A DNA stretch of 63,999 nt, the filler included, from Octopus bimaculoides (lineage: Eukaryota): the NCBI RefSeq assembly GCF_001194135.2. It is 7 parts of 7 records of this genome, joined end to end, with 100 filler letters (N's around TTAATTAATTAA, not from the genome) between each part and the next. Parts side by side here need not be neighbours in the genome. Positions count along the whole stretch, not along the records: positions 4,750 to 23,309 come from NC_068984.1; positions 23,410 to 29,613 come from NC_068982.1; 5 more parts are not named here. The stretch is one strand, 5' to 3'. The translations under genes and the position numbers were made by a program. The notes beneath the pieces are model-generated. The model was given only the letters and a program-made list of their open reading frames with translations. It ran no database searches and was not told the origin of the DNA. Numbering within the stretch: position 1 is the first letter of the stretch; each line of letters starts with the position of its first letter. Positions 13,604-26,679 of the stretch are shown piece by piece.

Positions 13604-14759
13604 ACATTATCTTCTCTGATGAACTTTCTTGTATATTTATATATTTTATTTCTTTTCTGCATCGATGAATAATTCATTTATATATCTATTTTTACATTAT
13701 ATTTTATCACGTAATTCAGTGTACGTTGTGTGAGTTTACTAACAGTAGAAGTAATTTGAGGTTGTACATATAAAGAAGTGATGATGAAGGAAATCTGATT
13801 GAAAACAGATAAAGTCCAGCTTAAACATGAAACTGTATATATCGTATAAGAACTGCTAAGGATATGTCATTCCAACTATGTTCACGAAAAATACTTAATG
13901 AAGGACTATCCAAGTGATGTACAGTAATGTATGATGTTCTGTATAATACATAGGTGCAATGTTTGAAATATTGTTACATATGTGTATTGCAAGTATGTAT
14001 ATTTTGCTATATGAAAATTGTAATATATATACGGAAACTCCTTTATATTAGCCGTAGAAAATATATGCAGTAAATGTATATTGGATAAAATTTGTATGTT
14101 GTGTTGCTGTAATAGCTATATATATATATATATATATNNNNNNNNNNNNNNNNNNNNNNNNNNNNNNNNNNNNNNNNNNNNNNNNNNNNNNNNNNNNNNN
14201 NNNNNNNNNNNNNNNNNNNNNNNNNNNNNNNNNNNNNNNNNNNNNNNNNNNNNNNNNNNNNNNNNNNNNNNNNNNNNNNNNNNNNNNNNNNNNNNNNNNN
14301 NNNNNNNNNNNNNNNNNNNNNNNNNNNNNNNNNNNNNNNNNNNNNNNNNNNNNNNNNNNNNNNNNNNNNNNNNNNNNNNNNNNNNNNNNNNNNNNNNNNN
14401 NNNNNNNNNNNNNNNNNNNNNNNNNNNNNNNNNNNNNNNNNNNNNNNNNNNNNNNNNNNNNNNNNNNNNNNNNNNNNNNNNNNNNNNNNNNNNNNNNNNN
14501 NNNNNNNNNNNNNNNNNNNNNNNNNNNNNNNNNNNNNNNNNNNNNNNNNNNNNNNNNNNNNNNNNNNNNNNNNNNNNNNNNNNNNNNNNNNNNNNNNNNN
14601 NNNNNNNNNNNNNNNNNNNNNNNNNNNNNNNNNNNNNNNNNNNNNNNNNNNNNNNNNNNNNNNNNNNNNNNNNNNNNNNNNNNNNNNNNNNNNNNNNNNN
14701 NNNNNNNNNNNNNNNNNNNNNNNNNNNNNNNNNNNNNNNNNNNTATATATATATATATA

Positions 14760-15185
14760 TGTATTTGTGTGTCTATGTTTGTCACCCCTCCATCGCTTGA
14801 CAACCGATATGAGTATGTTTACGTCCGCGTAACATACCTGTTCAGCAAGAGACTGATAGAATACAAACTAGGCTTACAAAGAATAAGTCCTGGGGTCGAT
14901 TTCTCGACTAAAGACGGCGCTCCAGCATGGCCGCAATCAAATGACTGAAACAAGTAAAAGAAAGAAATATATGCGTGTGGGGGGGTGCTTTGCCGACAAC
15001 CGCTTGACAACCGGTACTGGTTTGTCCCCCGTAACTTAGCGGTTTGGCCATGAGAGACTGATAGAATAAGTACCAGGCTTTAAAAAAAATAGCTACTAGG
15101 ATTGATTCATTCGACTAAAAAATTTTCAAAGTACTGCCCCAGCATGGCCGCAGTCTAATGAGTGAAACAGATAAAAGATAAAACT
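14760..15185 (+). mobile_element. Two tandem SINE family A 3' halves
   Basis: Each unit reads gcttgacaacc..cgtaac..agactgatagaata..ccagcatggccgca..tgaaaca (14760-14965 and about 14990-15185). Confidence 0.8.
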
Positions 15186-15625
15186 TTTGGTAAATGAAAT
15201 TTGATCAGAGCCTAGCCTGGCAATATATGAAGTGTTGTAACAAGTCTATACGAAATATATAGAATGTATGTTATGTCGATGTATTTATGAATTGTCAGTT
15301 TCAGTTTTTTTTCTTTTGAAATGCCATCATTTTATGACGACACTAATATACTAGTGTACACATGAATATTTTATAATTATTGCTTTAGGACAAGTGCCAA
15401 GTTATGTATTCAACTCACCCTCTAGCTATGGCAGTGAAAAGAGAACGGAGTGCCTGTTTCTTTATACCTAGATCAATAAATTGCTACTCACTATTTTGTG
15501 CTTCGTAAATAAGAAACGTGTATTTATAATAAAGAATAACTATGAGAGTCCATCCACATGAAAAATATAAGCTAATGTTAACATTTTAATGTTAACACTA
15601 ACTTATATAACACACATACACATAC

Positions 15626-15633
15626 ACACACAC

Positions 15634-15702
<69 letters not shown>

Positions 15703-15741
15703 CAGGTAGATAGACAGACAGATAGATAGATAGATAGATAT
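15626..15741 (+). repeat. (GATA)n microsatellite
   Basis: Visible directly in the sequence. Confidence 0.95.
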
Positions 15742-15950
15742 TGACACTAACTATGGAAAGATAACAAAAGCAACATTATTAGTGGATGACTTGGTGGCGA
15801 TAAAAATAACTGATAAAAGATTGAAGTGAAATATGATGGAATGGCAATGAAAGAACTGATGGTAATAAAATATGATGAGATGACAATAAAGGAACGAATA
15901 AGAAGAAATTAAATGGACCGGTAATAATAAAAGACCCGATGAAATATTGG

Positions 15951-16155
15951 TTTCAAATGTTGGCACAAAGCCAGCAATTTTGGGGAAGGGAGTAAGTTGA
16001 TTACATCAATTCCAGTACTCAACTGGTATTTATTTTATCGACCCCGAAAGAATGAAAGGTAAATTCGACCTCGCTTGAATTTGAACTCAGAAGGTAAAGA
16101 CGGACGAAATACCGCTAAGCATTTTGCCTGGCGTGCTAACGATTCTGCCAGCTCA
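15951..16155 (-). mobile_element. SINE family B, near full length
   Basis: ggcacaaagccagcaatttt..ggtatttattttatcgaccccgaaag..tttgaactcagaagg..gcgtgctaacgattctgccagctc. Confidence 0.85.
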
Positions 16156-16164
16156 ATGCCTTGT

Positions 16165-17650
16165 AGAACCGATGAAATATTAAAATGAAGAAATTTGATC
16201 AGGTTACATTTTGTAGGAAAACAGTGGGGAAAGATCTTGTTTCATAATTCTGCTGTTCAAGAGAAAAGCTTTATGCTTGGAACTTGCAGCGTGTCTATGA
16301 GATATCTAAGAAGTACAGTCTTGCTAAATTTGGCAAGCGAATTGCTAATGCGAAATTCTGAAACTAATGGAACCAGGAAATGAAGCTCCCATGGGCACGT
16401 TCTATGGCAACAATGGTAGAAAAGGGCGAGATTTGAGACATTCCTTCGATAAAAGAGTAGTTGGAGTAATGAAAAGAACTCATCACTAACTAGGTTACAC
16501 AGAAAATTATGCACACTTTCGAGAGTGGGCAGTGAGACATTGTCCGAATATGTGAGCAATATTCCGTTTTAGAATGTGTCTAGCTCATATGAATATACGA
16601 CGTGAATTCAAATGTTAGAAACATTTTGAACAGTAGAGCTAGTGCACTATTCTAACCGTCACCGAGGTAACGGGAATACTATAGGAGTCTTTCAAATCAG
16701 CGAGAAATTTAAAATCTAAGTGTATATCGAAACAGAGAAATTCATCTAAAGTAGTCCTATTCACTGAATTAGAAGAAAGGTCAGGACATTATGTAAAGAT
16801 GGTGAAAAGACATTAGGTTGGTATGATCCAAACATTCACTTCCACAAACATTGCACAATACCACTTAAATCACTGAAAAGATCTGCTACTAATCAAAATG
16901 CGTGTCGTTCTTAGATGTGAGGCTGTAAAGAATGGCCTCAGCAAATATGTCATCAAATATGTCATCAAAGGATCTTATTAATTTATTAGATAAATCATTT
17001 AAAACAACACGAAGAGGGTAGATCCCAAGACGGATTACTTATGCTAAAATTGGTTCCATTAATGTCAAAAGATTGGTCATCGGTAGTAACTTTCAAACTT
17101 CTTCCCGTCAGGATGATGGAAGAGACTCTACCTTTATGCAATACCTGCTTAGTTTATAAAGCAATCATGTGTGCTACACATCATAAGATAACTCGAGCAT
17201 CAAAGCCATTTACTGTGAAGTGAACTGCTTAGCCCATGAGTGATCACTGTATGGCAGCAGTGGATCTGGAAGACCAGAAGCTATATTGGTTGTCATAAAA
17301 GAGATTGGCTTTATTCAAGTGGATAACAATCAGCCTATTAATGAGAGATTCAAAAGCCTGCTTTGATATTCAATAGGCTAATTGGTTTATTTTGAGATTG
17401 GGGAAAACAATCAGTTCTTGAAAACTACAGACTTCTTCCATAAGTCAGGGAATCACTTCTATAAACAACGATTGAACGATTTTGCTAGAACTGGAGATAC
17501 TTAGATGTATCTCAGGGGATAGGCCTTTCAAAACACTAACTGGTATTTCATATGAGTAAGAGTATCTGATGAATCAAGATTGTTTACAAGTTTGGAAAGC
17601 TTCTTAATACTTCAAATTAATAAAACAGTGCAGATGTGGAAAACACGACA
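16165..17650 (-). mobile_element. CR1/L2-group non-LTR retrotransposon, decayed RT and C-terminus
   Basis: Frameshifted minus-strand peptides PVLAKSFNRCL, FPDLWKKS, FESLINRLIVIHL, NLFYDNQYSFWSSRST, then LQLLFYRRNVSNLALFYHCCHRTCPWELHFLVP and TAELWNKIFP, which are typical of the CR1-type RT C-terminus. Confidence 0.75.
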
Positions 17651-17945
17651 AAGAATGGTTAGTCGTTCAACGTGGAACTTGATACAAAGTATATAGCTTG
17701 NNNNNNNNNNNNNNNNNNNNNNNNNNNNNNNNNNNNNNNNNNNNNNNNNNNNNNNNNNNNNNNNNNNNNNNNNNNNNNNNNNNNNNNNNNNNNNNNNNNN
17801 NNNNNNNNNNNNNNNNNNNNNNNNNNNNNNNNNNNNNNNNNNNNNNNNNNNNNNNNNNNNNNNNNNNNNNNNNNNNNNNNNNNNNNNNNNNNNNNNNNNN
17901 NNNNNNNNNNNNNNNNNNNNNNNNNNNNNNNNNNNNNNNNNNNNN

Positions 17946-18339
17946 GGCTTTATTCAAGTGGATAACAATCAGCCTATTAATGAGAGATTCAAAAGCCTGC
18001 TTTGATATTCAATAGGCTAATTGGTTTATTTTGAGATTGGGGAAAACAATCAGTTCTTGAAAACTACAGACTTCTTCCATAAGTCAGGGAATCACTTCTA
18101 TAAACAACGATTGAACGATTTTGCTAGAACTGGAGATACTTAGATGTATCTCAGGGGATAGGCCTTTCAAAACACTAACTGGTATTTCATATGAGTAAGA
18201 GTATCTGATGAATCAAGATTGTTTACAAGTTTGGAAAGCTTCTTAATACTTCAAATTAATAAAACAGTGCAGATGTGGAAAACACGACAAAGAATGGTTA
18301 GTCGTTCAACGTGGAACTTGATACAAAGTATATAGCTTG
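17946..18339 (+). repeat. Near-identical tandem copy of 17307-17700 across an N gap (probable assembly overlap)
   Basis: Both copies run from ggctttattcaagtgg to gtatatagcttg and directly flank the gap 17701-17945. Confidence 0.85.
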
Positions 18340-20859
18340 GTTTTTTTTTGGCCTAAGAACGACGAAATAACTTCAAACTGGTAGGAGACTTGTCATAGTT
18401 AAGTATTATATTGGTTATTCTCCAAATTTCACGTAAATCTTGATTAATCTTCCTTTAAACGGATTCAGCAGAGACTTTGATGGTGTTCCTTAACGCTAGT
18501 TGACATTAAGGAGTTGTGGAAAAATATTAAATTAGAGATACCCGAATCTGGTAGTATAAGTGGGGGTTACGATAAACCTATAACCATATTAATTGATAAC
18601 CGCTATTGAGAAACAAGGGGGCGTTGTACTATGGACCCCGTTCATTCCTATTTTATTTCGATGAACCCTCCTATTCATTTGTTTTTATAATTCAATATTA
18701 TTAGGAATTGTATAAAAGAAATTGTTAAAATATTTTGTGTATTGCAGAAGTAAAACCAACTTATGGCATACAAATTTTAACAACATATGGATCCCGATTG
18801 AGAACCACTGAAAAAGAGGAACCACCATACAGAGATAATACTTATTTATGTATGGTAGTGATCAGCAGTCATGGGAGTTGCACTCGCAGTACCTCCGCAG
18901 GAATTTTTCTCTGCTAGATCGTAAATTAAATTCCGCCGGAGTTGAATTTTCTTTCATACATCTGGGATCAGTAAAGTGAAGTATGTATTATATACTGCCA
19001 TCTCAATTGATCATACCCTCCTCTGCAACTACTGCCACCCTGTCTTGTCACTAGAAACCAATATTGCTGCGGACATTTATAAAAAAAAACAACGAAGTTT
19101 GATACGAATGCAAAGAAATGTCCTAGACGCAGACAGTACAATCCTTGTGTCTATTTTAACATCGAAAACCTTTTAATAGTGAGCGACAATAGATCTAAGA
19201 AACTAATTAAGAACAATCTAAAAGGTTGTTGTTTTTTTTTGCTTTGTTTTTTTATGTATATGAAGTTGCCGGAGGTGGAGGATAGCCAGTTGTTTAACGA
19301 TTTCTATTTTTGTTATTGATTACATTCAGCTATTTATTTATTTTATGATATTACAATAGTATATGATTAAACCGTTATCAAAAGAATCAACAGTTCAAGT
19401 CAGTTTAGCAAACCGATGCCAGTGTGGAATTCAAATAATTTTCAACGGAGGAAGGGAGTACATTAAAAAAAAAAGACGAAGCAAAAGGGGTTATGAAAGG
19501 GTAAAGATGTCGAAGTAATTGGCAAAAACCACTATTAATAGAATTATAAAAAAAAAAGTCAGTAAGAAAGAAATACAAATAAAGTAAAATAAAGAATTGA
19601 AATAATGCTCAAAATACTTCAGCTGAAATTGAGGTTTCGAATCGAGATTAATCACATAATATGGAATTTATCAGATGAAAATGTTTTTATTTTTAAAAGA
19701 AATGTTATTAACATTTAGTTTTATTCGTTTGTTTTCGAAATTGCTTCTTTGCCTTCATACGAACTCGGTAATTTCATGTCACCAAAAGTAAAAAAAGTAA
19801 TAAACGATCGACCGCTTACTATTCATTATTTAACTAATGAGCTGTATCTTTACTTCGTATCATTCCAACAATTATTTCATTGGCTTCTCTACTTCTGAAT
19901 TTACTGGTTAATCCCATTTAAATTACACACACACACGCACACATCGTAGTTTCTTTACGGTTTAATATCCCTTCGAGGACTACAATCCCATGGAAATTTC
20001 TTTTACTTTAAGCATAAAATAAAATATAACCGTACAAATGTCATTCGCCCTACTCGTACTGCTACCGTAGAAAAGACACACAAACTGGATCAATACATAC
20101 AGAAAGAAAGTGAAAGCTTAGCATTTTGAAGGTTAAGCAAGATTTTTCTCATCAAAAATTGTGAAAGCATTACATTTCCTCACCGATTATATAAGCTATT
20201 AAAATTTCACAAAACTTCTACATACTTCTGTAGTCACCTAAGATTTGCAGTAACAGCAAAACTATGCTTTGCTGAAGAGGTACGATAAAGCTGAAATATG
20301 TCTGGAGTTATCTGATAAAGATCAGACTCACTCCCCACTATATTCCAAATTACTAATTCAGATTTGTTTTCATTAGTAAAAGTGTAGATTCGATTTTAAT
20401 TAAAATATTTTAGCTACTACGCCATGTATTTTAGCATCTAGTCTACCTTAACATTTCATTCTACACTGCCAAGTTAAATGTATTTAATAAGCTATGGGTT
20501 TCTTTATGAGGATGTGTCCTATGCATGACCGACATATATTTAATGCAGTTAGACATAATGTTTAAACAATTAAATTTACACCCTTAATGAAGAGAAAAAA
20601 ATCATGAGTTTTAAAAAATAATTTTTGCAGAGAAACACAAATCCAAAATCGAAATTTATAATTGAATAGAATCATGCAGTGAGGAGTAAGAGTGACCTTT
20701 GATAGTCATGGTAACAGCCTAGAATATGCTTCGGGCTTATTAAGCTTCCTTGATGTAGCACTGTGTTGTACTTGCTAGACTCTAGACTGATTGAGTGAAT
20801 AAACATTTTGACTGGAAAAAACATTCACTGGTTAGGCAACTTAAACTAATTGTTGCTAA

Positions 20860-21045
20860 TTTAGGCACAAAGCCAGCAGTTTTGAGGCGAGGGTACTAGT
20901 TGATTAGACTGATCCCAGTTCTTGACTTTTGTGATAGTTCATCGATTCGGGGTGTGGATGAAAGGCAATTTGACCGATTTGTGAGATTCGAACTTCGGAT
21001 GTAAAGAGCTGGAAAAAATTACCGAAGGCATTTTATCCGATACTC
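20860..21045 (-). mobile_element. SINE family B, diverged
   Basis: ggcacaaagccagcagtttt..gatgaaaggcaatttgacc..ttcgaacttcggatgtaaagagctgg. Confidence 0.65.
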
Positions 21046-21579
21046 TACTAAACTTTCCTGAAGAAGATTTCTTCATGAAAGACATTCTAGTTAAATGAGA
21101 GGCTGACATTTAATACAGTGAATCAAAACAATTAATTAATTAAAATCATACTCGTACTGAAAAGAACTTTTTTAGTTTTACTTCTTATTCTTATTGGATG
21201 AAGCCAAGAGAAACAACTCCGTAATCCAAAAGAATTAAATTGTGAAGTTTACAGCCTTTCCGACAACTGAAACTAAAAGATTAATGTCTCTTATGTTTTC
21301 GATCCTTTGAATGTTTGAATTACATAACGAAAAGTAAAGATGGTTGGTTTAACCAGGTTCGCCTAAGAGGTATTATTGCCCACAGATAAATCAATGCACT
21401 GGATCCGATAGAATTTATTTATTGACAACGAGCCACAACACATACAGATCAGAAGTGGATCACAAGACCTGCTCAGTAGGCCATGTTAAGCTGGAAAATT
21501 AGTTGTTCGCGATGCAAGCGTGAAGCAGAATTTCCATGGTGTAGTCTGTCCAAAAGAATTTAAATCTACTCAATAAATA

Positions 21580-21997
21580 GGCGTATGTGTGGCTGTGTGG
21601 TAAGTAGCTTGCTTACCAACCACATGGTCCCGGGTTCAGTCCCACTGCGTGGCATCTTGGGAAAGTGTCTTCCACTATAGCCTCGGGCCGACCAAAGCCT
21701 TGTGAGTGGATTTGGTAGACGGAAACTAAAAGAAGCCCGTCGTATATATGTATATATATATATGTATGTGTGTATGTGTTTGTGTGTCTGTGTTTGTCCC
21801 CCCAACATCGCTTGACAACCGATGCTGGTATGTTTATGTCCCCGTAACTTAGCGGTTCGGCAAAAGAGACCGATAGAATAAGTACCAGGCTTCTAAAGAA
21901 TAAGTCCTGGGGTCGATTTGCTCGACTAAAGGTGGTGCTCCAGCATGGCCACAGTCAAAAGACTGAAACAAGTAAAAGAGTAAAAAGAGTAAAGAGT
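21580..21997 (+). mobile_element. SINE family A, full length (tRNA head + CORE-like segment + internal TA/TG microsatellite + 3' half + AAGAGT tail)
   Basis: A box tggctgtgtgg, B box ggttcagtccc, CORE-like gtggcatcttgggaaagtgtctt, and an (aagagt)n tail. The family recurs more than 12 times in the window. tRNA-derived SINEs (OK/OR1/OR2) are known from octopus, but I cannot assign which this is. Confidence 0.9.
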
Positions 21998-23421
21998 ACT
22001 CTGTTACTTCCTTATAGCGTCATTATATCCTTTGCACTTTGCTATTTTGTTGGGTTTATCCTTTTTTTAGTATTCTCGAACAGTTTCCATAATCCATTAC
22101 CACTACACTGAAGCAGACCACTGTGTTACCTCTGAATTGTATTTTATATTTTATGTTATCTTTGTTCAGATTCAAATAAATACCCATGGTTATATAGAGA
22201 TATTTGTTGAATCACCCACTAAAACTTGTTGGCGTTTCAGTTTTGGGTCTAACATTTTATGACTGGCCAGTTGGCCATTACCATACACTGGGCTGATTAT
22301 AAAATGTTGCTCGAATGTCCATCGACTCAGTTGTCAAGGCCCTATAAAGCCTTAGGTGTACCTCTTCCCGCAATTTTCAACAGTATCCTTCTTTAAATGT
22401 ATGAGCCCTTTTCGTAGTTCTCAGTTCCCAATTTTCATAAGTGCCTCCTTTAAATGTGCCAGGGTCCTATAAGGGTCATATCACCCTGATCTACATGAAG
22501 GTGTTGACTGATCTAGGTGAAGGTGTAGTGTTCATGGCCATCGCGAGTGCACCGAAACCGGTGAGATCGACACGATGGAAGTTCTTCTGATCAGTTGCAA
22601 ATTAATGGAAATAGAAAAATCATGGCCAGCAGAAATGAAATTCAAGATAGTTGAAATGCTGGGAAGGAAGGATTGGAAACTTTAGTGATTAGTGCAAGAC
22701 CTAAAGGGTGGACACAATATGGGAGATGAGGGAGTCGAGACAGTCTAAATGGAGATGGTAGGAGATCAGCTAGTTCCAGCAGGAGTAGTGATAGTAAGGG
22801 TAATAAGAAGGCAACAGGGTCAGAAATGAAAATGGTTGGTGAGCGATTTCATGCTAAACAACCAAGTGGTCTCTTTTTCAATGCAAAGTCAGTTCTGGAT
22901 CAATGTAGTCAATAACATCGCAGATATAGAAATTATATATTTAAAAGACTTTAAAAAAAGTACTGGCGTCGATTCATTCGACTATAAAAATTCTTGAAAG
23001 CGGTGCCTCATTATGACCACCTTCTAGTGAGTGAAACAAATAAAAGATAATATATATACTTATATATTTAATTTATTTCAATTTATTTTCCCTTTTATTT
23101 TAGCAAGACTAGGTCGTCTTCAATGATCGAAACCAGTATCTGCTTGCTTAAAAATGTAAATACTGTCTTTTTTTTCCATGATGAACTTCTCTAAGTAGTA
23201 TTTTCTTCTTTTTATTTTGTTCATATATGTGTATATGTGTGCACGTGTGTACATAAATAGATAGAGATAGACACATAGACATATACATACACACAAATAT
23301 ATAAACATANNNNNNNNNNNNNNNNNNNNNNNNNNNNNNNNNNNNNNNNNNNNTTAATTAATTAANNNNNNNNNNNNNNNNNNNNNNNNNNNNNNNNNNN
23401 NNNNNNNNNACATACATACAT

Positions 23422-23466
<45 letters not shown>

Positions 23467-23474
23467 CATACAAG

Positions 23475-23846
23475 TGCAGGTATAGTTGTGTGGTAAGAAG
23501 CTTGCTTCTTAACTATATGGTTCTGGGTTCAGTCCTACTGTATGGCATCTTGGGCAAGTGACCTCTTCTATAGCCTTGGGCCAACCAAAGCCTTGTGAGT
23601 GGATTTGGTAGACAGAAATTGAAAGAAGCCCATTGTATATATATGTATATATGTATGTGTGTGTGTCTTTGTGTCTGTCCCCTCCCACCCCATCACTGCT
23701 TGACAACCAGTGTTAGTGTGTTTACATCCCCATAACTTAGCGGTTCAGCAAAAAAGGCTGATAGAATAAGAACTAAGCTTTAAAAAAACTCCTGGGGTTG
23801 ATTTTTTTGACTAAAACCCCTGAAGGCGATGCTCCAGCATGGTTAC
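23475..23846 (+). mobile_element. SINE family A, nearly full length
   Basis: Colinear with 21580-21997. Confidence 0.85.
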
Positions 23847-24410
23847 AAAAGAATATCATCATCATCATAATCATTGTTGTCGTTATCGTAGTCATCATTT
23901 CACTTCCCTCTCTATGTTGACATAGTTTGGACAATTCAAAATGATGCAATGGGTTGGAGGACCATGGTTTGCTACAGTGTCTCAGTTTTAGCACGGTTTC
24001 CATGCCCTTCTTAATACCAACAATTTTATAGAGTGTACTGGATGCATTCTATTTGCAGTACCAGCACTATTTAGGTCATCATATAACAATCATTTCAGGG
24101 GGAGTATAGTAGAGAGGGAGATGGTTTTATGTGAGGTGTTGAGTAAGATATGACGGGATGGAAAAGAACAGGAATGTTGCAATAATGGAGATACAGGATA
24201 ACCCCATATTATATGCGCATAGGTATGAGTAAGTAGGGTGGAGATGGAATGAGAGATGTTGATGATGGTGACTAGGTGTCAGAATATACCCTTAAAGTAC
24301 AAGAAGGTGAATAAGTGAGAGTGTGGAGACAGATCAAGAAGAATGGGTGGTTAGAATTTGTAAGAGGGTGGCAAGAGTGAGAAGTGGGCAAAAACAGGGG
24401 TGAAGGATGA

Positions 24411-24690
24411 ATATCATCATTATCATCAACATTGTTTAACGTCCGCTTTCCATGCTAGCATGGGTTGGACGATTTGACTGAGGAGTGGTGGACCAGGTGG
24501 CTACATCAGGCTCCAATCTGATTTGGCAGAGTTTCTACAGCTGGATGCTCTTCCTAATGCCAACCACTCCGAGAGTGTAGTGGGTGCTTTTACGTGCCAC
24601 CAGCATGAGGGCCAGTCAGGCAGTACTGGCAATGGCCACGCTCAAAACGGTGTATTTTACGTGCCACCTGCACAGGAGCAAGTCCATAGT
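24411..24690 (-). mobile_element. RTE-type LINE 3' UTR fragment with (GAT)n tail and ~1.5 units of the 66-bp repeat
   Basis: Homologous to 25848-26080 (gtttaacgtccgctttccatgctagcatgggttggacgatttgactgagg..cttcctaatgccaaccactcc). Confidence 0.8.
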
Positions 24691-25847
24691 AAACAGAATA
24701 GTGAACAAGGGTGGAATGGTGGTCAATGGTGAATATTAGAGGAGAGTGGGATTAAGTAGGTGTTAAAATAAAGGATGGGTGTTAATAAAAGTAGTTCAGG
24801 CCGGGGGGGGGGGGAAGNNNNNNNNNNAAGTAGTTCAGGCCGGGGGGGGGGGGAAGAGGAAGTGATGAGTGGCAGTACAGAAAGGACGAAGGGCAACAGA
24901 GAAATTTAGTTAATATAGGAGGGATGAGAAATAGAGAGACGATAGATGATGGCATTTGGTTGGCAACAGATGAAGGATCGACATCTGTTGCTTGTGTTTC
25001 CTCCTGGTTTTTTCATTCCTCTACTTGACTCACCTCATTGTCATCAGTACTCTGATTCACACTCTTTCTCATTAGCACCTGGCACTATTCTTTCCCTTTT
25101 TATCTACCCACTTCCATACCACATCCCCCCTTTGTCTCTCTCTCTTTCTTGACATCCTGGTTGGGAAGCAAGCTTCTTACCACACAGCCATGCCTGTGCC
25201 TAAATACATTCTTCTGTGTTTATTCATGATGAACAAAACTTTCAAATACGGAAGAAACTACTGAATACTTCAAGAAATAGATTATGTTTTTCTATTTTTT
25301 TGGTGACTACAGAAATAATCCTGATTTGATTCTTGCTGTCATGCACACAACCATGATTATAAGGATCAAAACATAATTGACTCTGTAAAGTAATCACCTG
25401 TAAAAAAAATCATCTCTCTCTCTCTCTCTGTATANNNNNNNNNNNNNNNNNNNNNNNNNNNNNNNNNNNNNNNNNNNNNNNNNNNNNNNNNNNNNNNNNN
25501 NNNNNNNNNNNNNNNNNNNNNNNNNNNNNNNNNNNNNNNNNNNNNNNNNNNNNNNNNNNNNNNNNNNNNNNNNNNNNNNNNNNNNNNNNNNNNNNNNNNN
25601 NNNNNNNNNNNNNNNNNNNNNNNNNNNNNNNNNNNNNNNNNNNNNNNNNNNNNNNNNNNNNNNNNNNNNNNNNNNNNNNNNNNNNNNNNNNNNNNNNNNN
25701 NNNNNNNNNNNNNNNNNNNNNNNNNNNNNNNNNNNNNNNNNNNNNNNNNNNNNNNNNNNNNNNNNNNNNNNNNNNNNNNNNNNNNNNNNNNNNNNNNNNN
25801 NNNNNNNNNNNNNNNNNNNNNNNNNNTATATATATATATATATATAT

Positions 25848-26642
25848 ATCATCATCATCATCGTTTAATGTCCACTTTCCATGCTAGCATGGGTTGGACG
25901 ATTTGACTGAGGTCTGGAGAGCCAGTGGCTGCACTAGGCTCCAGTCTGGTCTGGCAGAGTTTCTACAACTGGGTGCCCTTCCTAATGCCAACCACTCCAA
26001 GAGTGTAGTGGGTGCTTTTTATGTTCCACTGGCACAGGAGCCAGTAAGGCAGGCTTGGCAACGATCACATTCGGATGGTGCTTTTTATGTGCCATTGGCA
26101 CAGGAACCAATACGGGGGTATTGGCGTCGGTCACGGTTGTTTGGTGCTTTTTACGTGCCACCGGCACCGGAGCCAGTAAGGTACACTTGGCAACGAACAC
26201 GTTCAGATGGTGCTTTTTAAGTGCCACCGGTACAAGAGCCAGTCAGCGAGGTACTGACATCGGTCACGATCGGTTGGTGTTTTTTATATGCCACCAGCAC
26301 AGTAGCCAGTCAAGTGGACCTGGCTTCAACCACATTCGGATGGTATCTTTGACGTGTCATCAGCATGGGAGCCAGCCTGAGGGTACTGGCCCCAGCTACA
26401 ATATTGGTGTTACTTGACTCAACAGGTTTTCTCAAGCATATCATATTTCCCACTGCATCAGGAGTATTTTTAACAGGGCAGGATGTGATTGGCTGCAATC
26501 TCACTTTACTTCCCGGGTCTTCTCAATCACAGCGTATCTCCAAAGGTCCTGGTCTCCTGTCATTGCCTCTGTGAGGCCCAATGTTTGAAGGTCATGCTTC
26601 ACCACCTCATCCCATGTCTTCCTGGGTCTACCTCTTCTACAG
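25848..26642 (-). mobile_element. 5'-truncated RTE-type LINE: ORF C-terminus, 3' UTR with tandem array, (GAT)n tail
   Basis: Minus 26641-26501 encodes CRRGRPRKTWDEVVKHDLQTLGLTEAMTGDQDLWRYAVIEKTREVK*, the GRPRKTW..D..WR pattern at the end of RTE ORFs. The tail is catcatcatcatc at 25848-25861. Confidence 0.85.
26012..26407. repeat. Six-unit 66-67 bp minisatellite inside the RTE 3' UTR
   Basis: Units start at 26012, 26078, 26144, 26210, 26277 and 26343 (gtgctttttaygtgccaccggcac..gagccagt..). Confidence 0.9.
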
Positions 26643-26679
26643 TTAGGGAGTGGCAGCAGGGCTGGTAGTTAGACACAAG

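Noticed and set aside
17307-18339. ~394-bp tandem duplication
   Set aside because: The near-identical copies sit exactly on either side of an N gap, which is typical of unmerged contig overlap. The same applies to aagtagttcaggccg(G)n at 24790-24856.
22480-22940. Possible APE endonuclease remnant of an old LINE (minus strand)
   Set aside because: There are only faint motifs (..HPLGLALI..), too degraded to support by eye.
26012-26407. CRISPR-like appearance of the 66-bp and 62-bp arrays
   Set aside because: The units are homologous along their whole length with no unique spacers, the context is eukaryotic and there are no cas genes. It is a LINE-internal minisatellite.
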